Shown here in pieces: positions 8,317-19,679 of a stretch of 64,000 bases of DNA (its first letter is position 1; each line of letters begins with the position of its first letter). Under the pieces are notes generated by a model. It made no database searches and was not told the origin of the DNA. It was given only the letters and a program-made list of their open reading frames with translations. The stretch covers positions 45,660-109,659 of the forward strand of contig JBGUZU010000033.1 in the NCBI GenBank assembly GCA_045223915.1. Direction: 5' to 3'. The stretch comes from Endomicrobiaceae bacterium. GTDB taxonomy: Bacteria > Elusimicrobiota > Endomicrobiia > Endomicrobiales > Endomicrobiaceae. Made by a program: the position numbers and the translations under genes.

Positions 8317-9177
8317 ATGTCAAAAATGAAATTAGGTAGAGGACTAGAAGCAATAATGTCACCGTTAACAGCAAATCAAAATAATGATGCAGCGGAAAAA
8401 ATAGAAAATATTAGTATTGATAAAATAAAACCTAACAGACATCAGCCAAGAACAATTTTTAATGAAGAAAAGTTACAAGAGCTTGCGGAATCTATAAAAC
8501 AAAACGGATTAATAGAACCTATAGTTGTAGTTCGTTCGGTTGCACCGGGAGAATATGAACTTATAGCCGGTGAAAGAAGATTAAGGGCATCAAAACTTGC
8601 CGGTCTTACTGAAATCAGAGCAATAATTCAAGAAGGCGCTTCGGATAAAGATAAATTGGATCTTGCTTTAATAGAAAATATACAAAGAGAAGATTTAAAC
8701 CCAATAGAAGAAGCCAAAGCATATAAAAAGTATTCCGAAGAATATAAATATACACAAGAACAAATATCATCTATAGTAAAAAAGAACAGATCGGTAATAG
8801 CAAACACAATGAGATTATTGAATTTGCCTGAAAATGTTCAAAATATGATAATTGAAGGCAAAATATCGGCCGGTCACGGCAGAATGTTGGCAAGTATAAA
8901 CGACGAAAATAAAGTACAAGAGTTAGTTAACCAAATATTAAATGATGGTTTAACGGTAAGAGATGTCGAAACGAAAGTAGCTCAAGGAAAAGGAAAAGTA
9001 ACAAGATTTGTTGTAACAAAAAAACAAGATGTTGAAATTACAAATTTAATTGATGATTTACAAAGAGTATACGGAACAAAAATTGCTATTACAGGCAATG
9101 GTAAAAAAGGTAAAATTATATTCAATTACAGCAGTTTGGAAGAATTGGAAAGAATATCAAATGTTTTAAAAAAATAG
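8317..9177 (+). CDS. parB: chromosome partitioning protein ParB/Spo0J
   Basis: ParB box motifs I.PNRHQPR and GERRLRA(S)KLAG. HTH region QEQISSIVKKNRSVIANTMRLL. Confidence 0.9.
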   Translation: MSKMKLGRGLEAIMSPLTANQNNDAAEKIENISIDKIKPNRHQPRTIFNEEKLQELAESIKQNGLIEPIVVVRSVAPGEYELIAGERRLRASKLAGLTEIRAIIQEGASDKDKLDLALIENIQREDLNPIEEAKAYKKYSEEYKYTQEQISSIVKKNRSVIANTMRLLNLPENVQNMIIEGKISAGHGRMLASINDENKVQELVNQILNDGLTVRDVETKVAQGKGKVTRFVVTKKQDVEITNLIDDLQRVYGTKIAITGNGKKGKIIFNYSSLEELERISNVLKK

Positions 9178-9380
9178 TAATTAACAATTGTGTATAAAGT
9201 AGTGTGTTTTTATATAATTTGTATAATATAGTTTACTTTGCGTTTTAGTAAAAATAATTGAAAAATCAATTGATTTTAGTAATTTTAAACAAAAAAATCC
9301 ACAAAAAAAGATAATTGTTATTAACTTGTGGATAAGTATAAAAAATATAATCTATATGTATGTCTTATTTAGGTATATAA

Positions 9381-10703
9381 ATGTCAATAGAAATAAATGA
9401 AGAGTTTCAGTCTGCTTTAAAAATATTGTTGCAAACAAACGATAATGTTTTTGTTACCGGAAAGGCAGGAACCGGGAAAACCACTTTTTTAAAGTATCTT
9501 GTTTCGCAGTTCAAGAAAAAGTTTGTAGTATTGGCACCTACTGGTGTTGCGGCTTTGAATGCCGGCGGTGAAACAATACATTCTTTTTTTAAATTTAAAA
9601 CAGATATAACATTAGACAAAGTTACAAAAAGAAGATACGGTAAAAATTCAATATACAAAAATGTGGAAACTATTATTATCGACGAAGTTTCTATGTTGAG
9701 AGCCGATCTTTTAGATTGCGTGGATAAGTTTTTAAGATTGAACGGACCTATTCCGAAATTACCGTTCGGCGGTGTACAAATGCTTTTTATCGGCGACTTA
9801 ATGCAATTACCGCCGGTAGTTACAAAAGAAGAAGAATTTTTGTTCCACAATTATTATGACAGTCCGTACTTTTTCAGTGCAAAATGTATGAACGAAGTTT
9901 TTTGTCATGTAGTAGAATTTCAAAAAGTTTACAGGCAAACCGACGAGAAATTTATAAATATACTTAACTCCATAAGAACAAATCATGTAAATTCCGAAAT
10001 AATAGATTCTTTAAACAGAAATGTAAATAAAAAAACGGAAAACAGAAAATTATCGGTTTTATTGACGACAACAAACAAATCAGCGGAATTTTATAATAAC
10101 AAATTTTTAGGACAAATACATTGTGATCCGTACACTTTTACCGCCGAAACCGAAGATGTGGACAATGTTTCCGCATTTCCCGTAAATTATGAACTTAAAC
10201 TGAAAGTCGGTGCACAGGTAATGATGTTAAATAACGACAGTAAAAACAGATGGGTGAACGGTTCTATCGGTGTTATTGAAGATATTATAAAAGATTTATC
10301 CGACGATAAATATAAAATATATGTTAAAATGCAAAACGGGAAAACCGAAATAGTAGAACAATATAAATGGGATTTATTTAAGTATAAGTGGAACAAAGAT
10401 TTAAATGCTATAGAAACGGAACATGCCGGTTCTTTTTCGCAGTATCCGATGAAACTTGCTTGGGCGGTAACAATACACAAAAGTCAGGGTAAAACTTTCG
10501 ATAATGTTTTAATAGATTTAGGTTATGGTGCATTTGCTCCCGGTCAGTTGTATGTTGCTCTCAGCAGATGTAAAGATTTGGAAGGTATAAGTTTAGCAAA
10601 ACCCATAAAGAAGTCGGATGTTATAATTGATGAAAAGATAGACGAGCTTTTGAAAAAAAGAGAAAGAATTAATTATTTAACAGAAAAGAAAAATTTATTA
10701 TAA
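9381..10703 (+). CDS. Pif1/RecD-like superfamily-1 DNA helicase
   Basis: Walker A GKAGTGKTT, Walker B IIIDEVSM, GDLMQLPPV, and C-terminal TIHKSQGKTFD / YVALSRC motifs characteristic of the Pif1 family. Confidence 0.8.
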   Translation: MSIEINEEFQSALKILLQTNDNVFVTGKAGTGKTTFLKYLVSQFKKKFVVLAPTGVAALNAGGETIHSFFKFKTDITLDKVTKRRYGKNSIYKNVETIIIDEVSMLRADLLDCVDKFLRLNGPIPKLPFGGVQMLFIGDLMQLPPVVTKEEEFLFHNYYDSPYFFSAKCMNEVFCHVVEFQKVYRQTDEKFINILNSIRTNHVNSEIIDSLNRNVNKKTENRKLSVLLTTTNKSAEFYNNKFLGQIHCDPYTFTAETEDVDNVSAFPVNYELKLKVGAQVMMLNNDSKNRWVNGSIGVIEDIIKDLSDDKYKIYVKMQNGKTEIVEQYKWDLFKYKWNKDLNAIETEHAGSFSQYPMKLAWAVTIHKSQGKTFDNVLIDLGYGAFAPGQLYVALSRCKDLEGISLAKPIKKSDVIIDEKIDELLKKRERINYLTEKKNLL

Positions 10704-10770
10704 AAGTTCATTTGTAAAGTAAACATAATTGTGTATAATATTACAAAATATATTTTATAAAGGTATTAAT

Positions 10771-12126
10771 ATGAAATTTTTCGGTACAGACGGTATAAGA
10801 GGAAAATCAAACGAATTTCCGTTTGATAACAATACAGTTTCTTTAATAGGTTATGTTCTTGCGGAAACTCTCGATAAGAAAGGTAACGGAATTTTAATCG
10901 GCAGAGATACAAGAGAGTCCGGTAAGAGAATATTAAAAGCTTTGCAACACGGTATAAATGCTGCAGGAATAAAAGTTACCGATTTAGGAGTATTACCGAC
11001 TCCGGCGGTAGCATATTTGTTAAAGAATAACAATTATCAGGCTGGGATAGTAATATCCGCTTCACATAATCCGTATTTGGATAACGGAATAAAGTTTTTC
11101 TCGTCTAAGGGAAAAAAACTTCCCGATAAAGTCGAAGCAAAATTAGAAAAACATTTAGTTAAATATATTGAAGAAAAAAGAGTATTATCGAAAAACTCAA
11201 AAATAAAAAATGTTTCCGGTAAAAACTTAGTAAAGCAATATGAAAAATTTTTAATATCATTAATGCCTAAAGATGCATTGAAAGGAAAAACAATAGCAAT
11301 AGACTGCGCAAACGGTGCATCATATAAAATTGCTCCGGAAGTATTAAAGAAACTAAAAGCTAATGTCGTAGTCATAAATAATAAACCTACAGGCAAAAAT
11401 ATAAACTTAAACTGCGGTGCATTGCATCCCGAAACGGTTGCAAAAGTCGTAAAAGCAAAAAAAACTTTTTGCGGATTTGCTTTTGACGGCGATGCCGACA
11501 GAGTAATTTCAGTCGACGATAAAGGTATAGTTCGCGACGGCGATTATTTTTTGGGTGTAGTATCAAAATATTTAAAAGATAACAATAAACTAAAAAACAA
11601 TACACTTGTTATAACGGTAATGGCAAACCTTGGTCTTATAAAAGCCGCAAAACAGGAAAAAATAAAAGTTGTTACAAGTAAAGTCGGTGACAGATATGTT
11701 TACGAAGATTTAATAAAACATAAATCAATTATCGGCGGGGAACAGTCCGGACACATTATTTTTAAACAACTTCTCGATACCGGTGACGGATTAATAAGTG
11801 CATTACAGTTATTAAATATATTAACAAAAGAAAATAAACCTCTTTCTCGAATGTGTGGTTGGATAAAAAAGTATCCTCAAGTTCTTATTAATGAAAAGGT
11901 TTTAGAAAAAATTCCGTTGGAAAAGTTACCGCAAACCACAAAACTTATAAAACAAATTGAAAAAAAACTTGGAGATAACGGAAGAATTTTAGTAAGATAT
12001 TCCGGAACGGAAAAACTTTTAAGAGTGATGCTCGAAGGACAAGATAAAAAAGAAATTAAAAAAATAGCACAAGATGTTATAAATGTTGCTAAAAAAGAAA
12101 TAGAAAAAACAGTAAAGGAAAAATAA
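10771..12126 (+). CDS. glmM: phosphoglucosamine mutase
   Basis: FGTDGIRG, active-site SASHNP, DGDADR and GEQSGH motifs. The ATG at 10771 gives the canonical MKFFGTDGIRG N-terminus. Confidence 0.9.
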   Translation: MKFFGTDGIRGKSNEFPFDNNTVSLIGYVLAETLDKKGNGILIGRDTRESGKRILKALQHGINAAGIKVTDLGVLPTPAVAYLLKNNNYQAGIVISASHNPYLDNGIKFFSSKGKKLPDKVEAKLEKHLVKYIEEKRVLSKNSKIKNVSGKNLVKQYEKFLISLMPKDALKGKTIAIDCANGASYKIAPEVLKKLKANVVVINNKPTGKNINLNCGALHPETVAKVVKAKKTFCGFAFDGDADRVISVDDKGIVRDGDYFLGVVSKYLKDNNKLKNNTLVITVMANLGLIKAAKQEKIKVVTSKVGDRYVYEDLIKHKSIIGGEQSGHIIFKQLLDTGDGLISALQLLNILTKENKPLSRMCGWIKKYPQVLINEKVLEKIPLEKLPQTTKLIKQIEKKLGDNGRILVRYSGTEKLLRVMLEGQDKKEIKKIAQDVINVAKKEIEKTVKEK

Positions 12127-12852
12127 ATGATAAAACTCGGTGTAAATATAGATCATATAGCAACTCTCAGACAAGCGAGAATGGAAAATTATCCAAGCCC
12201 TGTGAAAGCGGTTGCAATCTGTGAAAAAGCAGGTGCGGATTCCATAACTACGCATTTAAGAGAAGACAGAAGACACATTCAAGATAAAGATGTGTTTGAA
12301 ATAAAACAGTGCATGAGAACAAAACTTAATTTTGAAATGGCAGCTTGTGAAGAAATTGTAAATATTGCACTTAGGTTACAACCTTATTCGGTTTGTATTG
12401 TGCCGGAAAAAAGACAGGAAGTTACTACCGAAGGCGGTCTTGATGTTGCCGGTCAAAAAACTTATTTAGCGGAAGTTGTAAAAAAACTTAAAGATAACGG
12501 TATAATAGTCAGTATGTTTATAGATCCCGAACCTGTACAAATAGAAGCTTGTGCGAATATCGGAGCAAATGCAATAGAAATTCACACCGGCAAATATGCA
12601 AACTTGTTTAAGTTGGGAAAAGAAAAAGCATTATCGGAACTTGAAAAAATAAAACAAGCATCAATGTTGGCTCAACAGCAAAATTTAATATTTAATGCCG
12701 GTCACGGATTGGACTATAACAATGTTTACGATATATGTGCAATAAAAAATATTAATGAATTGAATATCGGTTTTTCGATTATAGCTCAGGCGGTGTTTGA
12801 CGGTCTTGAAAAAGCTGTAATTGATATGAAAAAAATATTGTTAAAATATTAG
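12127..12852 (+). CDS. pdxJ: pyridoxine 5'-phosphate synthase
   Basis: LGVNIDHIATLRQAR, HLREDRRHI and EIHTG motifs. The start abuts the glmM stop. Confidence 0.9.
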   Translation: MIKLGVNIDHIATLRQARMENYPSPVKAVAICEKAGADSITTHLREDRRHIQDKDVFEIKQCMRTKLNFEMAACEEIVNIALRLQPYSVCIVPEKRQEVTTEGGLDVAGQKTYLAEVVKKLKDNGIIVSMFIDPEPVQIEACANIGANAIEIHTGKYANLFKLGKEKALSELEKIKQASMLAQQQNLIFNAGHGLDYNNVYDICAIKNINELNIGFSIIAQAVFDGLEKAVIDMKKILLKY

Positions 12853-12894
12853 TTTTAATTTAACATAAATATATGATATAATTTATAAAAATTT

Positions 12895-12967
12895 GCCGAC
12901 ATAGCTCAGTTGGTAGAGCAATCGCTTCGTAAGCGATGGGTCGTAGGTTCAAATCCTATTGTCGGCT
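12895..12967 (+). tRNA. tRNA-Thr (anticodon CGT)
   Basis: Folded by hand. Acceptor stem 7 bp GCCGACA/TGTCGGC, D arm GCTC-AGTTGGTA-GAGC, anticodon stem ATCGC/GCGAT with loop TTCGTAA, T arm GTAGG-TTCAAAT-CCTAT. 73 nt, no encoded CCA. Confidence 0.9.
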
Positions 12968-12989
12968 TATTTCTTTTTTAAGGTAAAAA

Positions 12990-15203
12990 ATGTTTTCAAA
13001 TATTATAAAAAAAGTTTCTTCAAAATTTGTACTTTACGGATTACCGCTGTTTTATTTTTTAGTGGCGGTAAGTTTTTATTTGGGCACTTACGATTCCGCA
13101 CAAATAAAAATAACAATAGTTCAAATCGGCGGTATGGCATTAATCTGTTCGTGGCTTATTTATAAGTTTGAAGGTGATTTTTTTAATACTTTCAGAAAAA
13201 ATATAATCGTTTTATTACCCATAATACTATTTTTGTTGTCAGGCTTGATATCTCTTTTACATTCCCCGTTTCAATTGGCATCATTAAATGAATTTATAAG
13301 AAGATTTATATATTGTTTTTTAGCAATAATAATAATAGATTGTTTTGAAGATAAAAAAAGTCTAAACAGAATTGTAAATTTTTTAATATTTGCAACGTAT
13401 ATTGTTTGTATATATGCGGTAATTCAATTCATAGATACAAGATATTTCCCCGCACCTCCGGCAAAGGGGTTGGATCCTTTTATTTGGAGATGGGCATTTG
13501 GAAACAGAATATTTTCTACTTTCGGTAATCCTAACTTTTTCGGTGATTTCCTTGTTGTAATGAGTCCTATAGTTTTAGCGTTGTTTTTTAAAAAGAAAAG
13601 TTTTCATCTTTTACTTTTGTGGGCACTCATAACATTTTCAACGATTTTTTCATACTCAAAAGGAGCATGGATAGGTTTTGGTGTAGGTATTATAGCTTTT
13701 ACATTTTTGTTTATAGGTTTTATATTAAACATATCAAGAAGAAAAAAAGTAATACTTATTTTATTAATGGCATTAATAACGGTATCCGTAGTAAGCGGCG
13801 GTATATTCTTACAACTTAAAAAAAGACCGGACAGTTCATCTTTCAGAGTATTTACATGGCTTTCTTGTTGGGAAATGATAAATACTCATCCGATTATAGG
13901 TACAGGTATAGGAACATTTTATTTAACATATCCTTCATACAGAAGGCCGCAAATATTTTTTATTGAAGGTATGCATAATACTGAAAGCGATCATCCGGAA
14001 AATGAATATCTTGAAGTATTTTATGATGAAGGGATAATAGGCCTCGGTATATTTTTACTATTGTTGCTTATGGTTTTAACTATCGGCTTCAGAAGTTTAT
14101 CTTATTTTAGAAAAAACAATCAGAATATAAGCACATTATCATATTTACAGTTAGGTTTTGTTTCGGCAATAGTTGCGCAACTTGCTCATGATTGTGTATG
14201 TGTGTCGTTAAGATTCGTGTCTTCGGGTATAATGTTGTGGATGTTAATAGGAGCAATCGTTTCTATTGCAATAATTTCTTTGAAGAAAGAAGAAACCGAT
14301 GACCAAAATAATATTGTTGTTCCTGTTATAATAAGAAGAATATGTCAAATTTTAGTTTTGGCAATGTCGATATATCTTATATGCATTTTTTGGGGACAGT
14401 TTCAGGCAGATGCAATACATTCTCAGGCAATACAATATTCAAAAGCCGGTAATTTTACAAAGGCGATAGAATTATATGCTGAAGTAATAAAGAAAAACCC
14501 TTCATTTATTATGCCGAGATACTTTAAAGCAAACAATTATAACGACAGATGGCAAAACGATGATCCCGAAAAAGCACTTGCGGAATATAACGAAATATGG
14601 AAATTGGCACCGAACTATGTTCAGTCAAAGTTTTTGGTTGGGCTGGTATATGCAAAACTTGTAAGTTATTTCAACAATCTTGTAAACAAATATACACAGG
14701 AAAATAACGAACAGGCAAAGCAAGATGCAGCAACAAAAAGAGATTATTGTTTGAATCAAGCAATAAAATATTATAACCAATATAAAATAATAGATCCGAT
14801 ATTCCCGCAAACATATTATCAATTGGCAAGTTTATATGGTCAAGCGGGTCACCCCGAGTTAGCCGAAAAAGAATATTTGGATCATCTTAATTTCCCAAAT
14901 TTATTGCAAGAAAAACCGCACAATTTTTATAAAGAAAATTGGAAAGAAAGAAGAAGAGAAGAATATATGCAAACATGTATTTATCTCGGTAATTTAGAGC
15001 TTTCTTTGAACAATTTGGATAATGCTGAAAAATCGTATATTGAATCTTTGAAATATGTACCGAACAATAGTGATGGCCTAAAAAATTTATCAGTTGTTTA
15101 TAATAAAAAACAAGATAAAGAAAGTTATAAAGAAGTTTACAATTTGTTGAAACAACTTTATCCCGAAGATGAGTATGTTAAACAAATGAAAGAGAATATT
15201 TAA
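12990..15203 (+). CDS. O-antigen ligase (Wzy_C)-like polytopic membrane protein with C-terminal TPR repeats
   Basis: About 10 TM segments. YSKGAWIGF and [23 protein letters not shown] patches are typical of O-antigen ligase-like proteins. The C-terminal ~270 aa has TPR-like A..Y..A helices. Confidence 0.7.
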   Translation: MFSNIIKKVSSKFVLYGLPLFYFLVAVSFYLGTYDSAQIKITIVQIGGMALICSWLIYKFEGDFFNTFRKNIIVLLPIILFLLSGLISLLHSPFQLASLNEFIRRFIYCFLAIIIIDCFEDKKSLNRIVNFLIFATYIVCIYAVIQFIDTRYFPAPPAKGLDPFIWRWAFGNRIFSTFGNPNFFGDFLVVMSPIVLALFFKKKSFHLLLLWALITFSTIFSYSKGAWIGFGVGIIAFTFLFIGFILNISRRKKVILILLMALITVSVVSGGIFLQLKKRPDSSSFRVFTWLSCWEMINTHPIIGTGIGTFYLTYPSYRRPQIFFIEGMHNTESDHPENEYLEVFYDEGIIGLGIFLLLLLMVLTIGFRSLSYFRKNNQNISTLSYLQLGFVSAIVAQLAHDCVCVSLRFVSSGIMLWMLIGAIVSIAIISLKKEETDDQNNIVVPVIIRRICQILVLAMSIYLICIFWGQFQADAIHSQAIQYSKAGNFTKAIELYAEVIKKNPSFIMPRYFKANNYNDRWQNDDPEKALAEYNEIWKLAPNYVQSKFLVGLVYAKLVSYFNNLVNKYTQENNEQAKQDAATKRDYCLNQAIKYYNQYKIIDPIFPQTYYQLASLYGQAGHPELAEKEYLDHLNFPNLLQEKPHNFYKENWKERRREEYMQTCIYLGNLELSLNNLDNAEKSYIESLKYVPNNSDGLKNLSVVYNKKQDKESYKEVYNLLKQLYPEDEYVKQMKENI

Positions 15204-15225
15204 AACAATTAAGGAAAAAAATACT

Positions 15226-17013
15226 TTGAAAAACATTAGAAATTTTTGCATCATTGCACATATAGATCACGGTAAAAGCACACTTGCCGACAGACTTCTT
15301 GAATATACAGGTACCATTTCAAAAAGAGAAATGAAAGACCAAATTCTCGACGGTATGGAACTTGAAAGAGAAAGAGGTATCACAATAAAAGCTAAGGCCG
15401 TTAAAATGCAGTACAAAGATAAAGACGGTCAGGAATATATTTTAAATCTTATAGATACCCCCGGTCACGTGGATTTTACTTATGAAGTTTCCCGTGCATT
15501 GGAAGCATGTGAAGGTGCACTTTTGGTTATAGATGCATCGCAAGGTGTTGAAGCACAAACTCTTGCAAACACAATGCTTGCAAAAAATGCCAACTTAAAA
15601 ATTATTCCGGTAATAAACAAAATAGATTTGCCTACCGCCGATATAGATTCCGCTTACGAACAAATGACGGATGCTTTGGAAGTTATCGATCAACCTATAC
15701 TTGCAAGTGCAAAAGAAGGTATCGGTATAAATGAAATTGTAGATTCCGTTATAGCAAATATCCCCGCACCGCAAGGCAAAAAAGAAGACCCGTTATCCGC
15801 TTTGATTTTTGATTCTTTTTACGATTCTTATAAAGGTGTTGTTATCATTATAAGAGTGTTCGACGGTACAATCAAAAAAGGTATGAAAGTAACATTTATG
15901 GCTTCAGGTGCTCAATACGAAGTTCTTGAAGTCGGATATATGAAAATAAAACCTGTAGAATCGGACAGTCTTTCTGCCGGTGAAGTAGGTTTTGTTGTTG
16001 CGGGTATCAAAACAATACAAGACGTAAAAATCGGTGACACAATAACCGAAAGTTCAAGACCTACAACTCACCCTCATGCAGGGTACAAAGAAGTTAATCC
16101 GTTCGTGTTTGCAGGTCTTTACCCATACAGCACATCCGACTACGACAGTTTAAAAGTTGCTCTTGAAAAGTTACAACTTTCGGATGCATCTTTAACTTAT
16201 GTTCCGGAAACTTCCGTAGCGTTGGGGTTTGGTTACAGATGCGGATTTTTAGGACATCTTCATTTGGAAATCGTTAGAGAAAGACTTGAAAGAGAGTTCG
16301 GTTTAAACCTTTTGGTTACTGCACCTAACGTTATATATAATGTAAAAACAAAAAATCAGATGGTAACTATAGATAATCCTGCAAAGTTTCCCAACAATGC
16401 GGAAATCCAGGAAATTTGGGAACCGTATGTTATGGCAACGATAGTTTCTCCTACCGAATATCTCGGCGGACTAATGGATTTGTGTCAAAAGAAAAGAGGC
16501 AAACAGGTTGACATGAAATATGTTAACATGAAAATTGCCATTTTAAAATACGAAATTCCGTTGGCGGAAATTATTGTAGGTTTTTACGATGCACTCAAAT
16601 CCGTATCTAAAGGATATGCATCGTTCGATTACGAACATATAGCCCCGCAACTCGGCGATTTGGTAAAACTTGAAATACTTGTTAACGGTGAAGTTGTGGA
16701 TGCTTTTTCAGTAATTGTTCACAAAGACAAAGCTCAAACTGCCGCACACTTTTTAACGGAAAAATTAAGAGGAATTATTCCCCGTCACATGTTCGAAATT
16801 CCTATTCAGGCAAGAATAAACAATAAGATTATAGCCAGAGAAACAATATCTGCTATGAGAAAAGATGTTCTTGCAAAATGTTATGGCGGTGATATCACCA
16901 GAAAGAGAAAACTTCTTGAAAAGCAGAAAGAAGGTAAGAAGAAGATGAGACAGTTCGGGAAGGTGGAGCTACCGCCGGAAGCGTTTGTTGCGGTGCTGCA
17001 AATTGATAAGTAA
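15226..17013 (+). CDS. lepA: translation elongation factor 4 (LepA)
   Basis: [23 protein letters not shown] and NKID GTPase motifs. LepA-specific C-terminus ...[29 protein letters not shown] start. Confidence 0.95.
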   Translation: MKNIRNFCIIAHIDHGKSTLADRLLEYTGTISKREMKDQILDGMELERERGITIKAKAVKMQYKDKDGQEYILNLIDTPGHVDFTYEVSRALEACEGALLVIDASQGVEAQTLANTMLAKNANLKIIPVINKIDLPTADIDSAYEQMTDALEVIDQPILASAKEGIGINEIVDSVIANIPAPQGKKEDPLSALIFDSFYDSYKGVVIIIRVFDGTIKKGMKVTFMASGAQYEVLEVGYMKIKPVESDSLSAGEVGFVVAGIKTIQDVKIGDTITESSRPTTHPHAGYKEVNPFVFAGLYPYSTSDYDSLKVALEKLQLSDASLTYVPETSVALGFGYRCGFLGHLHLEIVRERLEREFGLNLLVTAPNVIYNVKTKNQMVTIDNPAKFPNNAEIQEIWEPYVMATIVSPTEYLGGLMDLCQKKRGKQVDMKYVNMKIAILKYEIPLAEIIVGFYDALKSVSKGYASFDYEHIAPQLGDLVKLEILVNGEVVDAFSVIVHKDKAQTAAHFLTEKLRGIIPRHMFEIPIQARINNKIIARETISAMRKDVLAKCYGGDITRKRKLLEKQKEGKKKMRQFGKVELPPEAFVAVLQIDK

Positions 17014-17022
17014 TACAATTAC

Positions 17023-17162
17023 TTATGGGCGAAACGGAATTATCTTTTAAATAATAATTTTGCATTTACCTTCTTTATGTACCGTTTCGCTTTTGTACAC
17101 CGCAGTCGGTAAATGCTTCATTCTTATTTAAAATATTAAATCCTTTGAAAGCAAACAACAAC
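17023..17162 (+). repeat. structured intergenic element, copy 1 (26-nt stem arms 17045-17070 / 17108-17133)
   Basis: Homologous end to end with 31006..31160. The arms differ between copies in a mutually compensating way. Confidence 0.75.
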
Positions 17163-17270
17163 AAAAAAATTGTCACAAAATGCTTTGTTCTAATTTAAAA
17201 CATAAAAAGCTTTAATAAATTAGTTGAAATAATTATTAGATAAAAATTAAATGATTTATAGGAGATTTGT

Positions 17271-19679
17271 ATGGGCATACTTGATAATGAAAACAGAACA
17301 AATGGCCTTATTACTATTAAGGAATTATTTAGTGATAATCATTATTATAGAATTCCAGATTATCAACGTGGATATTCATGGGGCAGTGATAAAGAGTTTT
17401 TAGAATTATGGAAAGATATTTTAAGAATATATCATTCTAATAATACAAATCGTAAACATTATACCGGTATGATTACATTGGATGAAATCAAAAATGAAAG
17501 CGATATTAATATTGAAAATTTATATGATACAAATTCTTTTTATATAGTCGATGGGCAACAAAGAATTACATCAATTATTATTATTTTAAAAACAATTTTT
17601 GATTATTCTAAAGATAATGGAATTGATGCAATAACTTCAAATTATGATTATAAGTTTTTATTGAACGGAGATTCTGGTATTAGGAGATTTGGTTATTCTA
17701 TAAAAAGACAAGATGGAGCCGATGATTTTTTTAGAAAAAGAATTTATGAAGCAAATAAAAATCTTCCGATGCCAAATCAGTATTTTGTAAATATAAATGA
17801 GTCACAAAAAATTATCGAAAAAGAATTAATTAGATACGATTATGAAAAAATAAAAGATATTATCGATGTTATTTTAAATAGATTGGTGTTTAATATTTAT
17901 TTTATTACAGAAGATTTTGATGTGAGAGTTACTTTTGAGACTATGAACAATAGAGGTAAATCACTTACAAGTTTGGAATTATTAAAAAATAGATTAATGT
18001 ATCTATCTACATTTTTTAGTAAAGGGAGAGAGAATTATATTGGAAGACTTCAACAACAAATAGATTCATCATGGAAGAATATATATGATCATTTAAATTA
18101 TAAAGATTCCAGACTATCTGATGATGAATATTTAAAAGCTCATTGGATTGTATACCAAAGATTAAATAAAAAGAAAGGTAACGCATTCATTGAAGATATC
18201 TTAAATAATGAATTTTCTACTGATAATGGGCCTTTTTATAATTATTGTCAAGAATTTGAATATGATAAGGCATTTGATTTATTATCCAAATACGTTCAAA
18301 GTTTGGATAAATATAGTTTGTTTTGGTCATCGGTTAATTCCCCGGATAACATAGAATTTGATATTGATGATGAAGAAAAAAAATGGATTAAAAGATTATC
18401 ACGTTTACCAAACAATTTATATATGAAAGCTGCTATTATGGTTGTACTAGCTTCTGAAAAGGTTAATAAAACAGATAAAATTGAATTTTATTCAAAATTA
18501 GAGAAATTTGTTTTCATTAATAAATTATTAGCACAAGATAAAAATGATTTAAGCTTTCTTGTTACATATGCAAAAGATTTGTTGAATGAGAAAATCAATT
18601 TTAAAGATAAAATTGATGCATTGATTAATTCGTTAACAACACACATATTGTCTATTAATCCTAATAGGGTAAAGAAGGCAATAGAAAAATTTAAAAGATA
18701 TATAGATGATAAGGAAAACTATTATTACAATTGGAATGGAATTAGTTATTTCTTATATGAGTATAATGATTCTTTGTCGATTCCTAATGCTGAAAAAATC
18801 GAATGGTATAAACTCAGTTCTACCTCAATAGAACATGTTCTTCCTCAAACGCCAAAAAGGGAATACTGGCAAGTTTCTTTTAAAAATTATATAGGCACAG
18901 ATAATGAAAGAAAAATCATTAACTCATTAGGTAATTTGTTGTTACTTTCAAGTGGAGCCGAAAATAGCAGTTTAAAGAATTATAGTTATCCGGTAAAAAG
19001 AGAGATGGATGTTAATTCTAAGAAATTTGCTTATTGTTATGGTTCGCGCTCAGCTAGAGAAATTGCCGAAGCAAAACATTGGACATCAAAGCAAGTATAT
19101 GAAAGAAGTAAAAAATTGTTAAATTTTTTATTTGATAAATGGTTATCAGAGTATATTACAATTTTTGAATGGGAAGAGCTTGTAAAAAATTTTAATCTTA
19201 TAAATTTTAAATATGAAGAACTAAGTAATACTGATTATAACACCTTGGTTGCTAAATTAGATAGAATTGATGTTGAAGAAGAAAGAAAGCAAGCAGATAT
19301 CAATTCAATAAAAGAAAAGCAAGAAGATTATTATTCAAAACAATTGTTAGAGTATTTTGATAAAGATGTTTTTTATCTTGTTCCTAATCTAAGACAAGTT
19401 AGATATTTTGATTGGAAATATTCGTTTGTTATTACCAAAGACAAAGATAAAAAACCGCTTAAATTGAAAATTGCAACAAAAATTAATTCAGAAGATCATA
19501 CTATAGTTTATAAATATCGTGAAAATACAGTTTCGGTTTGTCATGAAATTAATCATGTAGAAACTTTTTATGAACAAATCTGTGATGTCCCAGAGGAATT
19601 AAGAATGTTTTTAAGATCTTTAGATAGATATGTTAAGAAAGCAAGACAAAGAAGTAACCCTCAATTTGTAAATGTATAA
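17271..19679 (+). CDS. DUF262 / DUF1524 two-domain nuclease (GmrSD-like, type IV restriction-type defence protein) with C-terminal extension
   Basis: N-terminal IPDYQRGYSW and VDGQQRITS (the DUF262 DGQQR motif). Later IEHVLPQ ... LGNLLLLSSGAENSSLKN (DUF1524 His-Me finger). About 170 extra C-terminal residues are unassigned. Confidence 0.75.
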   Translation: MGILDNENRTNGLITIKELFSDNHYYRIPDYQRGYSWGSDKEFLELWKDILRIYHSNNTNRKHYTGMITLDEIKNESDINIENLYDTNSFYIVDGQQRITSIIIILKTIFDYSKDNGIDAITSNYDYKFLLNGDSGIRRFGYSIKRQDGADDFFRKRIYEANKNLPMPNQYFVNINESQKIIEKELIRYDYEKIKDIIDVILNRLVFNIYFITEDFDVRVTFETMNNRGKSLTSLELLKNRLMYLSTFFSKGRENYIGRLQQQIDSSWKNIYDHLNYKDSRLSDDEYLKAHWIVYQRLNKKKGNAFIEDILNNEFSTDNGPFYNYCQEFEYDKAFDLLSKYVQSLDKYSLFWSSVNSPDNIEFDIDDEEKKWIKRLSRLPNNLYMKAAIMVVLASEKVNKTDKIEFYSKLEKFVFINKLLAQDKNDLSFLVTYAKDLLNEKINFKDKIDALINSLTTHILSINPNRVKKAIEKFKRYIDDKENYYYNWNGISYFLYEYNDSLSIPNAEKIEWYKLSSTSIEHVLPQTPKREYWQVSFKNYIGTDNERKIINSLGNLLLLSSGAENSSLKNYSYPVKREMDVNSKKFAYCYGSRSAREIAEAKHWTSKQVYERSKKLLNFLFDKWLSEYITIFEWEELVKNFNLINFKYEELSNTDYNTLVAKLDRIDVEEERKQADINSIKEKQEDYYSKQLLEYFDKDVFYLVPNLRQVRYFDWKYSFVITKDKDKKPLKLKIATKINSEDHTIVYKYRENTVSVCHEINHVETFYEQICDVPEELRMFLRSLDRYVKKARQRSNPQFVNV

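Noticed and set aside
9178-9380. Chromosomal replication origin (oriC) next to parAB
   Set aside because: Only one perfect and one 7/9 DnaA box are present. There is no dnaA or dnaN nearby. Genes on both sides are transcribed in the same direction, so there is no strand switch. I keep it only as a low-interest regulatory observation.
12959-13165. 68-aa plus-strand ORF overlapping the tRNA-Thr 3' end and the start of the O-antigen-ligase-like gene
   Set aside because: It starts inside the tRNA, is out of frame with the convincing 737-aa ORF, and has a low-complexity product.
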